DNA of 64,000 bases from Lama guanicoe (lineage: Eukaryota). The notes beneath the pieces are model-generated. The model saw only the letters and a program-made list of their open reading frames with translations, ran no database searches and was not told the origin of the DNA. The stretch is taken from assembly GCA_013239625.1 (NCBI GenBank), contig MU053493.1, positions 2,365,793 through 2,429,792 on the forward strand. The letters are read 5' to 3'. Positions 51,813 to 64,000 of the stretch are shown piece by piece (the stretch's first letter is position 1; each line of letters opens with the position of its first letter). A program made the position numbers and the translations under genes.

Positions 51813-54703
51813 AAAAAAAGGCTTTTGCAGACTTATCCAAAAGTAGGGTGGAAGGGGAGACAGCTAAGCACGCTGTTGCCAGAACACCACCCGGTACCCA
51901 CTGTTACACTGTCTAGTCCTGCTATGTGGCTGTCACTAGCATCACCAGAACATGGCCCCCACGGTGCTGCCTGGGGCCCATTTCTCCTTTCCCACAGCAA
52001 CTTTAATCAAACATTAATGCTGCTTTAGAAAACAAGTCCCTAATAAAGAAAGCCCGTTTCCCTAAATTCAAAGCAACAAGATGAACTTCCCTGCCGGATG
52101 AATAAGAGAGGGAGAGAAAAGATCTCTCTGTTCTCTCCCGTAGATAAGAACTGTCCACCAGCATTTTGTTTCAGGCTTTCAGTCAAGCGCAGCGAAACCT
52201 CCTTTGAATGAGACTTCTGCTGGAAACAAAGCTGTTTTGTTTTGTTTTTTTAACAAAAACTGACCAGGATTTATATATTTTTAAAAAAAACTCCCCCATT
52301 AGTGTGACACAGTGATGATACGAGTCATTCTGCTAAACATCAGGAGTCCCACTGAAATACACAGGCTAAAAACACTGGTATGTCCAGTCTTAGCTGAGAA
52401 CTGCCTGCAGGGCTCTGGGCTCCCCTCCCCGGCCCCGCCTCTGTAGCCAGCAGCACCGTCCAGGGCCCTTTTAATTCCTCTCCTACCAGTGCAAAGTGAC
52501 CTGATAACCAGCAAGCACCTCGACAGCATGTTCTTTGGTACGAAAATGTATCATCCACCGTATGCTTTTCATGGCCACACAGTTTTCCATTTAGTACAAG
52601 AATATTATCAAATGAGGAAATTCATTTCACATGAAGGGAGGAAAAGCAGGTTATGAAACAGCTTACATATTGTTATCCTAATTTTGTTTAGACATGAATG
52701 AAAAGAAAGGCTAAAAGGACACACAAAACGTTAACACTGACCATCTTCAAAGTGAAGGGATTACGGGGGATATTTTTCACGAGGCATTTTTTGGCTTTCC
52801 TTTCTCCATTCCCAATCAGAAAAAAATTGCCGAAATATTTTAAAACACATTCATCAAATCCCATTTGAAACTCCAAATATGTATTTTAAACTTTGCTTTT
52901 CGGAAGAAAATCAAACAATACTTAAGAAGATTATTTTATGCTTTACTGCTAATTACAAAAAGTATTTATTCTGTTAGTAAGGGATTTATACATTAAGCTT
53001 CTAGAAGAGTATGGTAAGAGAAATTTACTTTATTTACATAAGGGGCAAAATAAAAATAGTAAAATAACTGTTCTCAGAATTTCAGTCAAAATTAGTGTTT
53101 CCTCAGAGAAGTATACACCTCAACCAACAAAACGGCTTCCCCCAAAAAGGGTAATGTAATAGCTCACTTCTCTGTTAAAGTGAGACATGGCCTTATTAGC
53201 TTGATTCATTAGAATGAGACCACTGTACAAGAAAGCAAGCAACAGAGAAGGAAACATCAAAAAGGCCCCGGAGCAACACACGACACCCACGTAACCCACA
53301 ATGTAGTAAGGTGGTAAGCCCTGCGATCCAGACCACTAAAGGGAAAAACACGACAGGAGCCACCCATCTCTCTCCACTCTCACGTCGTGGTTTCCTTCAG
53401 CGGCAACAGCAGCACAGTTCTATCTGTGGTTGTTCGTGTCACCAGGAAGACTTTATGAGGAGTTCTGAAGGAAGGGAGGGATGAACAAATAGCTGAACGC
53501 AGAGATCTGTGATAATACAAATATGGTCCAATAAAATGGGAGCATCTTGGTTGATGGGATACAAGTAGCTACTGTGAAATTCTTTCAGCGTTGCTAGGTT
53601 CAAAAGTGATCATAAGATGCTGGGTTGGGGTAGGGAGTCTTACAGTAAGTAAATCATTCAGAAATTAAAGGATAAAGCCAGTATAAAACATTTTTACTAC
53701 TAAATTGGATACCTTAGAAATTTTGATACTTTTGATACTAATATTAAAGTTTCGATACTTCAGAAAAATGGAGATTTCCTTTGAAAGGATACCTAAGAAG
53801 CAACTGGCCTCCGTGGTAGAGAAAGAGAAATGGGGGGAAGGGGGTGCAGGGAATCTCTCATTTTCGCTGTGAGCCCTTTTGTAAGGTTTTATTAAGTTCA
53901 TCTATTACTTATTCAAATGAATGATTTAAAAAACATCATCCTTATTGTAAAATTGCTTACTTGTCATTTCTCTTATTGGGGAAAAAAACACAGAATGCGT
54001 AATTGCTTAACTCGCACAGGCTTTCCCGCTAAGGGAAGTCTCATCCCCAAAGCATTCTGGCCTGTGGGGAGACCGCAGTGAGAAGAGCCCCTCCTCCAGG
54101 AAGGGCTCCAGCACTCTCATTCCCGACAACTCTGAAAGACGCTGTTAAGCAGAAAATGAACTTAGCTAGAGAGCAGATTAGAGCCCAAACCTGCCATTAA
54201 CTAGAAAAGTAACTTAGTTTCCTCATTTATAAAATTCGAGTGGGATGAGATCACCCGTGCGGCACCGCAGGCACCCAGGGTGACTGGGACCCGCGGCTGC
54301 TGGATTCCCAGTTCCATACACATCTCTAAGTCAGCATCAACTGACCAGAATCACAATTTCTGAAGAAGCAAAAAGCTGCATTTCAGACCTGCCAAGAGTC
54401 TGTTTGGCCTCTTTGTTCTAAGCTCCAGCTGGCAGAGACACTACTCAGATCACCAACTCTGAAGGGCTTCCTGCCAAAACTTCAGATCCTAATTCAAGGC
54501 AGTTTCACTGTCCTTTAGGGCTGATTACAGCTCAAATGGGGAAAAGACAAGACGACATGAGAGCTGACAAGACAGGAGGAGCCCTCAACTGGGAGCAGAC
54601 CAAATCCAAGCCAGGGTAAATAAAGCAAGAGTTCTCCAAATGAAGAAAAATCTTAACTCCTTAACATTATCAAGATTTATAGTCAGATAAAATTGACCAT
54701 CCT

Positions 54704-54829
54704 GGGGGAGGGTGTATAGTTTAAGTGGTAGAGCACATGTTTAATTAGCACGTACAAGGTCCTAGGTTCAATCCTCAGCACCTCCTCTAAAAAAAAATAA
54801 GTAAACCTAATTACCTCCCCCACTCTCCC
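54704..54829 (+). mobile_element. tRNA-derived camelid SINE (vic-1 type), second copy
   Basis: B box ggttcaatcct, same taaacctaattacctccccc tail; TSD aaaattgaccatcct / aaaatttactatcct (13/15). Confidence 0.88.
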
Positions 54830-54989
54830 AAAATTTACTATCCTGATGCCTGTAATTTCCAAAACACTCCATTCATTCATTTAACCCTTGGAATTGAATA
54901 AATTGGTCCTTCTTTCTCTGTAAGGGCTCAGGAAGGCTTGTAACACCACATAAACAGTGTACATGAGGCATCAAGGAGGATGGAGAGGA

Positions 54990-55770
54990 CTGTTTGCTGT
55001 GCTGATCAGGGACTGAGTCCCCAAGAAAGCAAGAGGTGAGTTCCAGCTTGAAGGATGACAAGAAAAAAGTGGGGAAAGATGTTTGCAGAAAAAAACAGTG
55101 TGTCAGCAAGGTTGTGGGTAACGCATGCAAAGCTGGCTTTGCTAATGCTGAGCCCTACAACTGGCAGAACAGGGAAAGGGCACAAAGAGAAGGTGCAGGA
55201 CATCACCACAGGCTTGTGACAAAATGCGAAGGATTCCAAATTCGCTGGGAAGACACTGGAATTGGAGGCAGTCATGTGATACCATCAACTCATTCTGATG
55301 GCTGTGATGTGGAAGGCGGATTTGAGTCACAGAAGCCAGCTAGAAAGTTAAAGCAGAAAAGGGGAGGAGTTCAAGATGGCTGTTAGGGTTCACAACTGGG
55401 CAGCTGAGTGAAGGAGCAGGAAGCAGGAAAGATGACAAATCCAGTTTCAGACATCTGTAATTTACAGTGCCCATGGAAATACTGAAGCAGAGATGCAGGC
55501 AGGAGGCCGGTGGATACACAGGTCTGAAGATCGGGACTGGGATCTGGAGCAGGTAAGCATCTAGGAAGAATCAACAAAGTAATACTGAACCCAAGACAAA
55601 ATATCCAGTTACCAGAGGACTAAGATGACCCTGTGGACTACAAATATTTTAAGGGGAAAAAAAGGAACCTAAGGAATCTGAGAAGAAGAGTGAGTGAGGA
55701 AGTAATACAAATATCATTTACTGTCCAGAGAATACAGCAAGACGAAATATTAAAAAGGAAGGTATCATAA
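54990..55770. mobile_element. L2 remnant
   Basis: ccagtttcagacatctgtaatttacagtgcccatggaaatac...tggatacacaggtctgaagatcggga. Confidence 0.55.
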
Positions 55771-56849
55771 AATAACAGCTTCATATTTTTTAAATTGTTG
55801 GACTCTTAAATATTAAATACGTACCTAAAATAGTGTACTCAGTACTGACTCTTACATAAAGCACGTTGAACACTCTTTCCTGATGACTTGTGGTCCCTGA
55901 TTAGGAAAACCAAACAGTAACGAGAAAGAATACTCCGGTAGCTCCGTATCTGGGTTCCTTCTGTAAGCAAAGCCACTAAGCTGAATTGTTTCTGAATTTG
56001 CCTGCCCTCCAAAGTTTTTGTTTTGTTCTTTTAGCTTCTTTCCATCCAAAATAGAAAGCAAGATCCCCTGTAGAGTTAAGCCTGAAGTCAGAACAGTTTC
56101 AGTGAATCCAACAGATGACTCCTGCCCCTCTTTGACTTTTCAGTTAAGCATTTAATTTCAAACGTGATCACTGCTATGCAAATGAATTACAAAAAGACTA
56201 GCGTGTGTGCTAAAACATGAGGGAAACATACATTTGGATTGAAGGGCTGTCATGGAAACTCTCAAAATGGAGATGTCCAGGGATGGTAAATAAAGATAAA
56301 CCTAAAGTCCAATGAAGAGAGAGGTCTTGGAGATAAACTCAGGGATTCAACATATGTTACATACTCAAGATAAGAACTCACTAAGCCTAAGAATTAAAAA
56401 TCATGATCACAATAACAGCGCAGCAACTATAGGATGACAGCCTCAATAGGAAGTGAGTAAATTTAGCAACCAACACTCCACCATTCTCAACACCAGTTCA
56501 ATTTCCAAATACTTTATTGTATCCACTTCTTGGCTGACAACTTAGGAGACAAACGATGAGATGGATATTATTACAAAATATTAAGAGCTGGAAGAAAGAC
56601 ATAGGTGGACCTAGAATATTTTTGGCTGATCAAAATTAGAGATTTGCTTAAAATATAAGTTTACAAATAAATCACTATATCTGCTGCTGTCCTAAAATCA
56701 AAGTGAAAGAATACCAGCTTACATAAGTTACCACTGTATGTGCACTGAACCTTGAGAAATTCTTATCAGGGATGGTTACAGACTCTCTTGAAAACTCTTG
56801 AGTGCTTTCCAGTCACCAAAAATAAATCTGCTTTTAGGTTGTCATTTTC

Positions 56850-58515
56850 TAATGGCTCAAGATGGACAAACGACATGTGAAGTTGTCTCCAGGTAGAAGG
56901 GGAGAGAGAATGGGGTAGGCCAGATAAGGAAGTGATGCTGAAGACAAGGTAATCGGCAAAAGTGGGGGGGATCCAAAATGGCAAATACACAGTAACAAAT
57001 CAACCCAACTGAACCACACAAGAGCACCGCGACCACTCTGAAGAAGGCAGGGAAGAAAAGAATCTGAGTAACTGTGGAAAACAGCATCTGACTGAATGCT
57101 GGGAGGCCAGGCACAAAAGAACTGCACAGAAATTCTGCAGCCTAGGTAGAGTGAGTCCTTCTCCCCGGGGAACGGGTGAAAAATTTCAGCTGTTTCGTGT
57201 GTACACTACAAGTGAACACACAGATAATGCAGGTTGTGTTTCTCTTGTGGGAGGAAAATATCTTAAGTAAGAAATGGAGGGAGGCTAAAGGGAACTCTGA
57301 TGTGAGATCGGAGTCTGAGGTATCAGTATAACCCACGGTTTTACACACACAGACACAGGCAGAGTCGTGCAGAAACGCACAGGCCCATTTCCCAGCTCTG
57401 TCTGAGGGCCTACCACTAGGAGAACCCACAGCAATGAGTACAGCTGGCGTGGAGACCTTAATTTCCAACTGCTATTCTCCAGTAAGATAAACCATGATTT
57501 CTTAGAGAAGGGTTGGTTCCAGGGCTAGGACAGGGAAAATACAGGGTGAACTGGAATACTATGTGGCACTAGAAATTAAGGGACTGCTCAAAAAATTATG
57601 GGGATTTGTCAAAGGAACACAAGAACCAACCTGAAAGAGCATCTACAGGCCAAAGCCGGAATAACCTGAGCAACAAAATGCTCACAATATTAGATTTTAA
57701 CCCACAGAATAAAACAGACATCCATGCGGACATCATTAAACACATAAACGAGAAAGGGACAACTATTCACGAGAGTAGAATCTCAGCTAAGAAATGTGGA
57801 AGGAAAAAAGGCAAACTGTACCAACAGATAAAGATCCACCCAGAGATGATAAATTAGTGGGTGAATGTTTGAGGATTAACATGATGAGCATAGCCTCAAA
57901 TCATCTCCTCCAAAATATGCACTAAAAACACACATAAGACAGCTCAACATCATGAACGAATACAGCTTTTACAGTATTCTTGCCAAAAAGGCACCACCTC
58001 ATTTCAATGATGAGAAAATATCAGACAAACCAAACTGAAGGGCATCTGACAAGTTAATCAATTCTCTTCAAAAGTATAAAGGTATAAAAAAAGTATAAAG
58101 AGAGAAAACCGAGGCTTGGTTAAAGGTTCAAAGATACAAAAAGAAGAGAAAAAAAATGTGACAATGAGTGTCTATATGTCCGTGAATGACTGAAAAATTG
58201 TGCTGAACACTGGAATTTGACACAACATTGTAAAATGATTATAAATCAATAAAAAATGTTAAAAAAAAAACAAAGATACAAAAAGAACAACTAAATGCAA
58301 CGTGGAGTCCTGGAAGAGAAAAAGGATAAACTAGCAAAATTCAAATGCAGCCTGTAATTTAGTCATTACTGTATCAATGTTAATTTCTTGTCCTTGTTAA
58401 CTATTCTACAGTTACAGTGATGTAAAACATAAGGGGACTGGAATGAAAGATATAAAAGAACTCAAATATTTTTGCAACTTTTCTCTAAGTCTACCATTAA
58501 TCCAAAATTCAAGTC
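56850..58515 (+). mobile_element. L1MC/L1MD-type 3'UTR region
   Basis: cttagagaagggttggttccagggctaggacagggaaaatacagg...caactaaatgcaacgtggagtcctgg...tgtatcaatgttaatttc. Confidence 0.7.
58146..58270 (+). mobile_element. Very young 125-bp 5'-truncated L1 3' end
   Basis: aataaa plus A-tail; perfect 17-bp TSD caaagatacaaaaagaa at 58129-58145 and 58271-58287. Confidence 0.9.
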
Positions 58516-58519
58516 TTTC

Positions 58520-59580
58520 CATGAACAAAATGAAAAGACATCCTACAGACTGGGAGAAAATATTTGCAAATGATGTGACCGACAAGGGCTTAATTTCCAA
58601 AATACACAGACAGCTCATACAACTCAATATCAAAGAAAAAAAATCTAATCAAAAAATGGGCAGAAGACCTGAATAGGCATTTCTCCAAAGAAGACATCCA
58701 GATGGCCAACAGGCACATGAAAAGATGCTCAACATCTCTAATTATTAGAGAAATGCAAATCGAAACTACAATGAGGTATCACCTCACACCAGTCAGAATG
58801 GCCACCATCAAAAAGTTCCCAAAATAATAAATACTGGAGAGGGTGTGGAGAAAAGGGAACCCTCTGACACTGTGGGTGGGAACATAAATTAGTGCAGCCA
58901 CTTGAAAAATAGTCTGGAGGCTCCTTAAAAAACTAAAAAGAGAGTTGCTATATGATCCAGCAATCCCACTCCTGGGCTTATATCCAGAAGGAACCCTACT
59001 TCAGGATGACACCTGCACCCCAATGTTCACAGCAGCACTATTCACAATAGTCAAGACACGGAAGCAACCTAAGTGTCCATCAACAGATGAATGGATAAAA
59101 AAAATGTGGTGTATATATGTATCACATTATATATATTGTGTGTATATACATACACACACACAGAGAGGAATAGTACTCAGTCATAAAAAAGAATGAAATA
59201 TTGACATTTGCAGCAACATGGATAGACTTAGAGATTGTACTGAGTAACGTCTGAGAAAGACAAATATTATGATATCACTTTAATGTGGAATCTAAAAAGT
59301 AATACAAATCAACTTACTTATAAAACAAAAACAGACTCACACATGTAGAAAAGAAACTTATGGTTACCAAAGGGGAAAGGGGAGGGATACATTAGGAATC
59401 TGCTATTAACAGATATACACTACTATATATAAAATAGGTAAACAACAAGATCCTAATGTATAGAATGGGGAACTACAGTCAATATCTTGCAATAACCTAT
59501 AATAGAAAAGAATCTGAAACTGTACACTTGAAACTAACACAATGTTGTAAATCAACTATAGTTTAGCATGTAAACAAATA
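58520..59580 (+). mobile_element. L1 ORF2 C-terminus and 3'UTR
   Basis: ORF-track peptides KMKRHPTDWEKIFAND and YDPAIPLLGLYP...[13 protein letters not shown] are L1 ORF2. Confidence 0.92.
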
Positions 59581-60319
59581 TTCACACACACACCCCGAAT
59601 GGTATTGACAAGATTAATAAGGAGCTGAAAATTGCGGGGAACAAAAGAACAGAATCTTGACCATACCTACTGTGAGCAGCAGAACATCTCAGAAGACATA
59701 CATATGAGCAAATTCAGCAAATTATAAAAATCGAGAACACTCTTTAGCTGCTAAAGTAAGGAAAAGAATTACCCTATTTAAAAAAAGTGAATAGTTAGTT
59801 CACACATCTGTTTTTGTTTCTCAGGTTATTCCTCCTCCTTCACTAAACCATTACCTGATTTTCAAAAACATAAAAAAGAAATTTAAAAAAACTCTTCAAT
59901 TTCTACATAAGATGCATGAAAAACCATGATACTTCTCTAACAAAGCACTCAATGAAAAACAGACCAAATTTGTACACTCAACAGGTCACATTTCTTTAAA
60001 ATCACTTCCTCTTAATCCTAAATGTCTAAGGTAAGATGGTGACAAGCTGCTAAGCCTCACTGAGGCACACTCCATCAAGGAGCTCCCTCCTAGTTCCAAG
60101 ACCAGGCAACTTGAGGCTGAAAATCTCACTACTAAGATGGCAGTAGTAACAGATGAAGATTCATTAAGAAGGCAGTAAATATACCAGTTTTAATACAAGC
60201 CATCTGAGTATTAAAACTTATGACTTTTCACACACACCACAAAGAAGCATTATCATTTATTTTCAGATAAAACTGGGCTTTTAAAGTAACCAACTAATAT
60301 CTATCTAACCAACACAGTA

Positions 60320-63300
60320 TTCATATTCAGAATATACAGGAATTCCTATCAATAAAGACAGGATGCCTAATAGAGAAGACGGGCTAAGAAATTGAGGAAG
60401 CACTTCAAAAAAGAGAATATCAATAGATAAACAAGTTTCTACTGCACAGCACAGAGAACTATATTCAGTATCTTGTAGCAACCCATAAAGAAAAAGAATA
60501 TGAAAAGGAATATATGTACATAGATGTATGACTGAAACATTATGCTGTACACCAGAAATTGATACATGGCAAACTATACTTCAATAAAAAAATAAAGTAT
60601 GACTTTAAAGAAAAAAAAGGATATTAAAATGGCCAGCAAACATGTGGGGAAAGGGTTCAACTTCATTAATCAATAGGGTAATACAAATTAAAAAAACAAT
60701 TAAATGCTCCTACACAACCATATAATAAGCTAGAAGAAAATAATGAGTTAATGAACAATCTAATCAGAACACTCTTAGCAGGAGTGTAAATTGGTACATC
60801 TGCTTTGGAAAACTGGCAATAATAAGCATATTCTATGATCAATCAACAGAAATGTGTACGTATGTGCACAAGACTTTACGTACAAGAATGTTCACAAAAG
60901 CACCAGTCTTAGTAGCCAGAAACCAGAAACCATCTAAATACCCATCAACGATAAAACGGAAAACAATGCAACATTCACTCAATGGGCTATTACACAGCCA
61001 TGAAATGAAGTGAATAAACTACAACTACACAAACCAATATGGATAGACACTGTTCAATGCTGAACAAAAGAAGTCAGGCATAAGAACACAATTCTATTTA
61101 AGTTTAATAACAGGTAAAATTGAAGACCAAACAAAACAAAACACCACTGCAAAAGAAAAACTCCTAGTAGGGAACTAGCCCTATCAAGTTAAGGCCTCTT
61201 AATTAAGACATACTATAAGGTCTCTACAATGAACAGTGTGGCAGTGGTGTGTGAGCAGACAAACAGACCAGTGGGATAAAACGGAAAACCCAGAAACAGA
61301 CCATCATTAATAAACAGAAAATTAGTGTATGACAAAGGTAACATCTCCAATCACTGAGGTAAAGATACATTTTTTAAAAAATGCTACTGAACATCTAGGC
61401 TGTCATTTGGAAAAAACATAAATCAGATCTATCTCTCACCATGCACAAGAATAAACTCCAAATGAATTAGGAATCTAAATGTAAAAAAAAAAAAACCATA
61501 CAAGTACTAGAAGAAAACTCAAGTGAATTTCTCTTTAATGCTGGTGTAGGGAAAGGATTTCTAACCATAACTCAAGGTCTAAGAGAAATAAAGAACATAA
61601 GAAATAAAAAATGTCTGCCTGACCAAAAAAGAAACACAGAAACAAAACACCATAAACAAAGTCAAGAAAACTGCAAGACACACCACGAGAGCCAATACCT
61701 GTAATACGTAAAGAAATTTTAAAAACTGCAGGAATAAGCACAAATACAATAGAAAAACAGGAAGATACTTTGCAAAAAGGATGCTAAAATTTGGAAAATG
61801 GTCCACACCTGGTCATAATTAGAGAAATGCAAATTAAAATAACACCAAGATGCCATTTCTTATCTATCAAACCAGCAAAAATTCAAAAATAAGACGAAAC
61901 AGTCTACTGGTAAGACTGTGAGGAAACATTCACTCTCACACACTTCCGGGGGAACAGACAGTCACACCACCTCTCCGGAGCCAGATTCGGCAAGACCTAG
62001 CAAAACTAACATGTACTTAACCTTCTGACCTAGAGATCCCACTTCTAGGAAGTCGGTCCTGAAGAGAAACCTCCAACAATGTGATTGTGCGTGTGCACCA
62101 GCTGCTCACAACCAGTACAACGTATGTAAGTGCACTACAGCAACTATCCAGGTGACCAAGCACCTGAGTGGAGGAGAAATTACAGCACATCCACACAATG
62201 GAGGACTCTTAAGAGGTTCAAAAATAAAGCAAAGTGCAAAAACATCAACAGTGTTCCATTCTTCACACGAGAAAGAAGGGATTATAAGATTACACACATG
62301 CATCTACTCATTTCTGCAAATTAGATCCAGAAATGATAAACCAGAAACTAAAGAAACTGGTTATTTACAGAGTAAGTCGGAACATGGTGGAAGAGAGAAG
62401 AAAGTGGACTCAGGGTCGCAGGGATGAGGAAGTAAGGGCATGTCTGAGCATATATTGTTGTGCAGCTACGAACTACAGTAAAGTTTCACATATCCCCAAA
62501 TAACAAGTATATAGTTAAAATCAACCAGGATGAGGTAGTGGTCCTGATGATGGGAACCAAAATGGAATACAACGGCAGCAAATAAACCTGTTACAAATGA
62601 ATACCACAACTGAAGAGGACGGAAAAGAAAGTAACTGGAAAATAGTACTTTGACAGATACTCTAATGTGAAAGACAGAAAGATCTATACACAAATACTAT
62701 ACTCTAGTTCTGTTTCTCACAGGGGTAGGATGGGTTAACTCACTAATTACAGGTACATCAGGACTAAACAAATAACTGAACAGACTCTAGACAAGGAGTT
62801 GTTTCCTCACTGTCAGAGAAAGAAGTTACAAAAAAGGGGACGGCTAGACTGAAATGTGTTGAATAGGAACTGAGGTGTCCATCTAAACTCAAGGTTTTTA
62901 GTACAAGTACAGATAACTAAACACATGAGGAAGAAGGGGCAGCTCTTCCTTGCAGAGTAATGCAGAAGAAATGAAAGAAATACAAAATCACTATTAGAGG
63001 AAAAGAACACAGTATTAAGTGCTGCAAGCAAGATCAAGGAGCATGACCAGTGGGCAAGGGTCTGGAGAGAAGCGATCTCAAAGTATCTGGCCCAAGACAT
63101 TTACCAATCACAGAGGGAAAACAGTACCTTGCGAAATGATCAAGGTTACCACACCAGTAGTAAAACATAAATATCACATACTCTTTCCTTAATCTGATGC
63201 ATAACCTCAATCTAATCACAAGGCAGTGTCAGACAAACCCAAAAAGGAACAGTCACATTTACAGGGAACAGGACAAAAACTGTAACTATCACAGGGGAAG

Positions 63301-63830
63301 CAAGCACCGAAATCCAGACTAAGAAATTCTACAGGACAAACAATTCTGTTTCTCACCAATACAACTGCAACGAGGGTGGCAAGGACAAAGACACACACAG
63401 AGCGAGATGGGTGAACCTTATCGTCTAAGAGGCTTAGCAGACATACCAATCACCATGGGAGGACTTGATTTGGATCCTGATTTTTTAAAAAACACATTAA
63501 AAAAAGAAAGTTGATATTTAAGACAATTAGAAACTTGACATTGACTAAATGTTGGATTTTTGATTTAGAATTTAAAGTGTGATAATGGTAATACAGTTTT
63601 TTTTTAAGAGTTCTTATCTTTTAGAGATATAGACTCAAACATTAGCCGATGAAAACACATGCCTGGTATTTGCTTCAAAGTAACGGGACAGAGGATACAA
63701 CGGGCAGATGTAGAGAGGGAATGAGACTGGCTGTGAACTGGTAACCACACCTTGTGCAGGGACTGTAGGGATTCACTATACTCTTCATCTACTTTTGTGT
63801 GGACTTGAAAGTTTTCCACTTAAGAAAAAG
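60320..63830 (+). mobile_element. Cluster of old L1 fragments (L1MC/ME-type) with a younger L1 3' tip at about 60422-60610
   Basis: ataattagagaaatgcaaattaaaa; gtatgactgaaacattatgctgtacaccagaaattga; cctggtatttgcttcaaagtaa. Confidence 0.7.
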
Positions 63831-64000
63831 GAAGGTAATTTGAGGAGACTAGAAATTAATTACTGAATCTAGGAAAGACCCAAACCAAGACTTCTGCTCC
63901 CAAGATGCAGGCCACAGAGCACATTTTCCACAGGCTGGATTCTCCACAGCGGCCTCCTCTTTGAGGGAAGAAAGATGCAGCTAGACCTGGGGGTGCACGA

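Noticed and set aside
51692..54829. tRNA-like sequences at 51692 and 54704
   Set aside because: They have A-rich SINE tails, TSDs and broken cloverleaf stems, so they are SINEs rather than tRNA genes.

Overview
Mammalian genomic DNA, most likely a camelid (two tRNA-derived SINEs of the camelid vic-1 type). The window lies entirely within TJP1 (tight junction protein ZO-1) on the minus strand. I read 17 consecutive coding exons, equivalent to human exons 2-18. All have GT-AG boundaries and compatible phases, and together give 2385 nt or 795 codons without a stop, covering PDZ1, PDZ2, PDZ3, SH3 and GUK. Exon 1 lies beyond the right edge and exons 19 onward beyond the left edge. Introns are filled with L1/HAL1, L2, MIR, hAT DNA-transposon fossils, an ERV solo LTR and microsatellites. 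Nearly all other ORF-track entries are spurious or decayed repeat fragments. I see no evidence of a new multi-gene system. The best leads are: (1) a stop-containing candidate exon with poly(A) signals in intron 8 that could give a PDZ1-PDZ2-only ZO-1; (2) a TSD-flanked 1.65-kb L1 whose 5'UTR is fused to its 3' end at splice-like positions; (3) a candidate poison exon in intron 6; (4) several inverted repeat pairs bracketing exons 3-8, an architecture that favours circular RNA. Repeat family names and human comparisons come from recall, not from a search, and most repeat boundaries are approximate.
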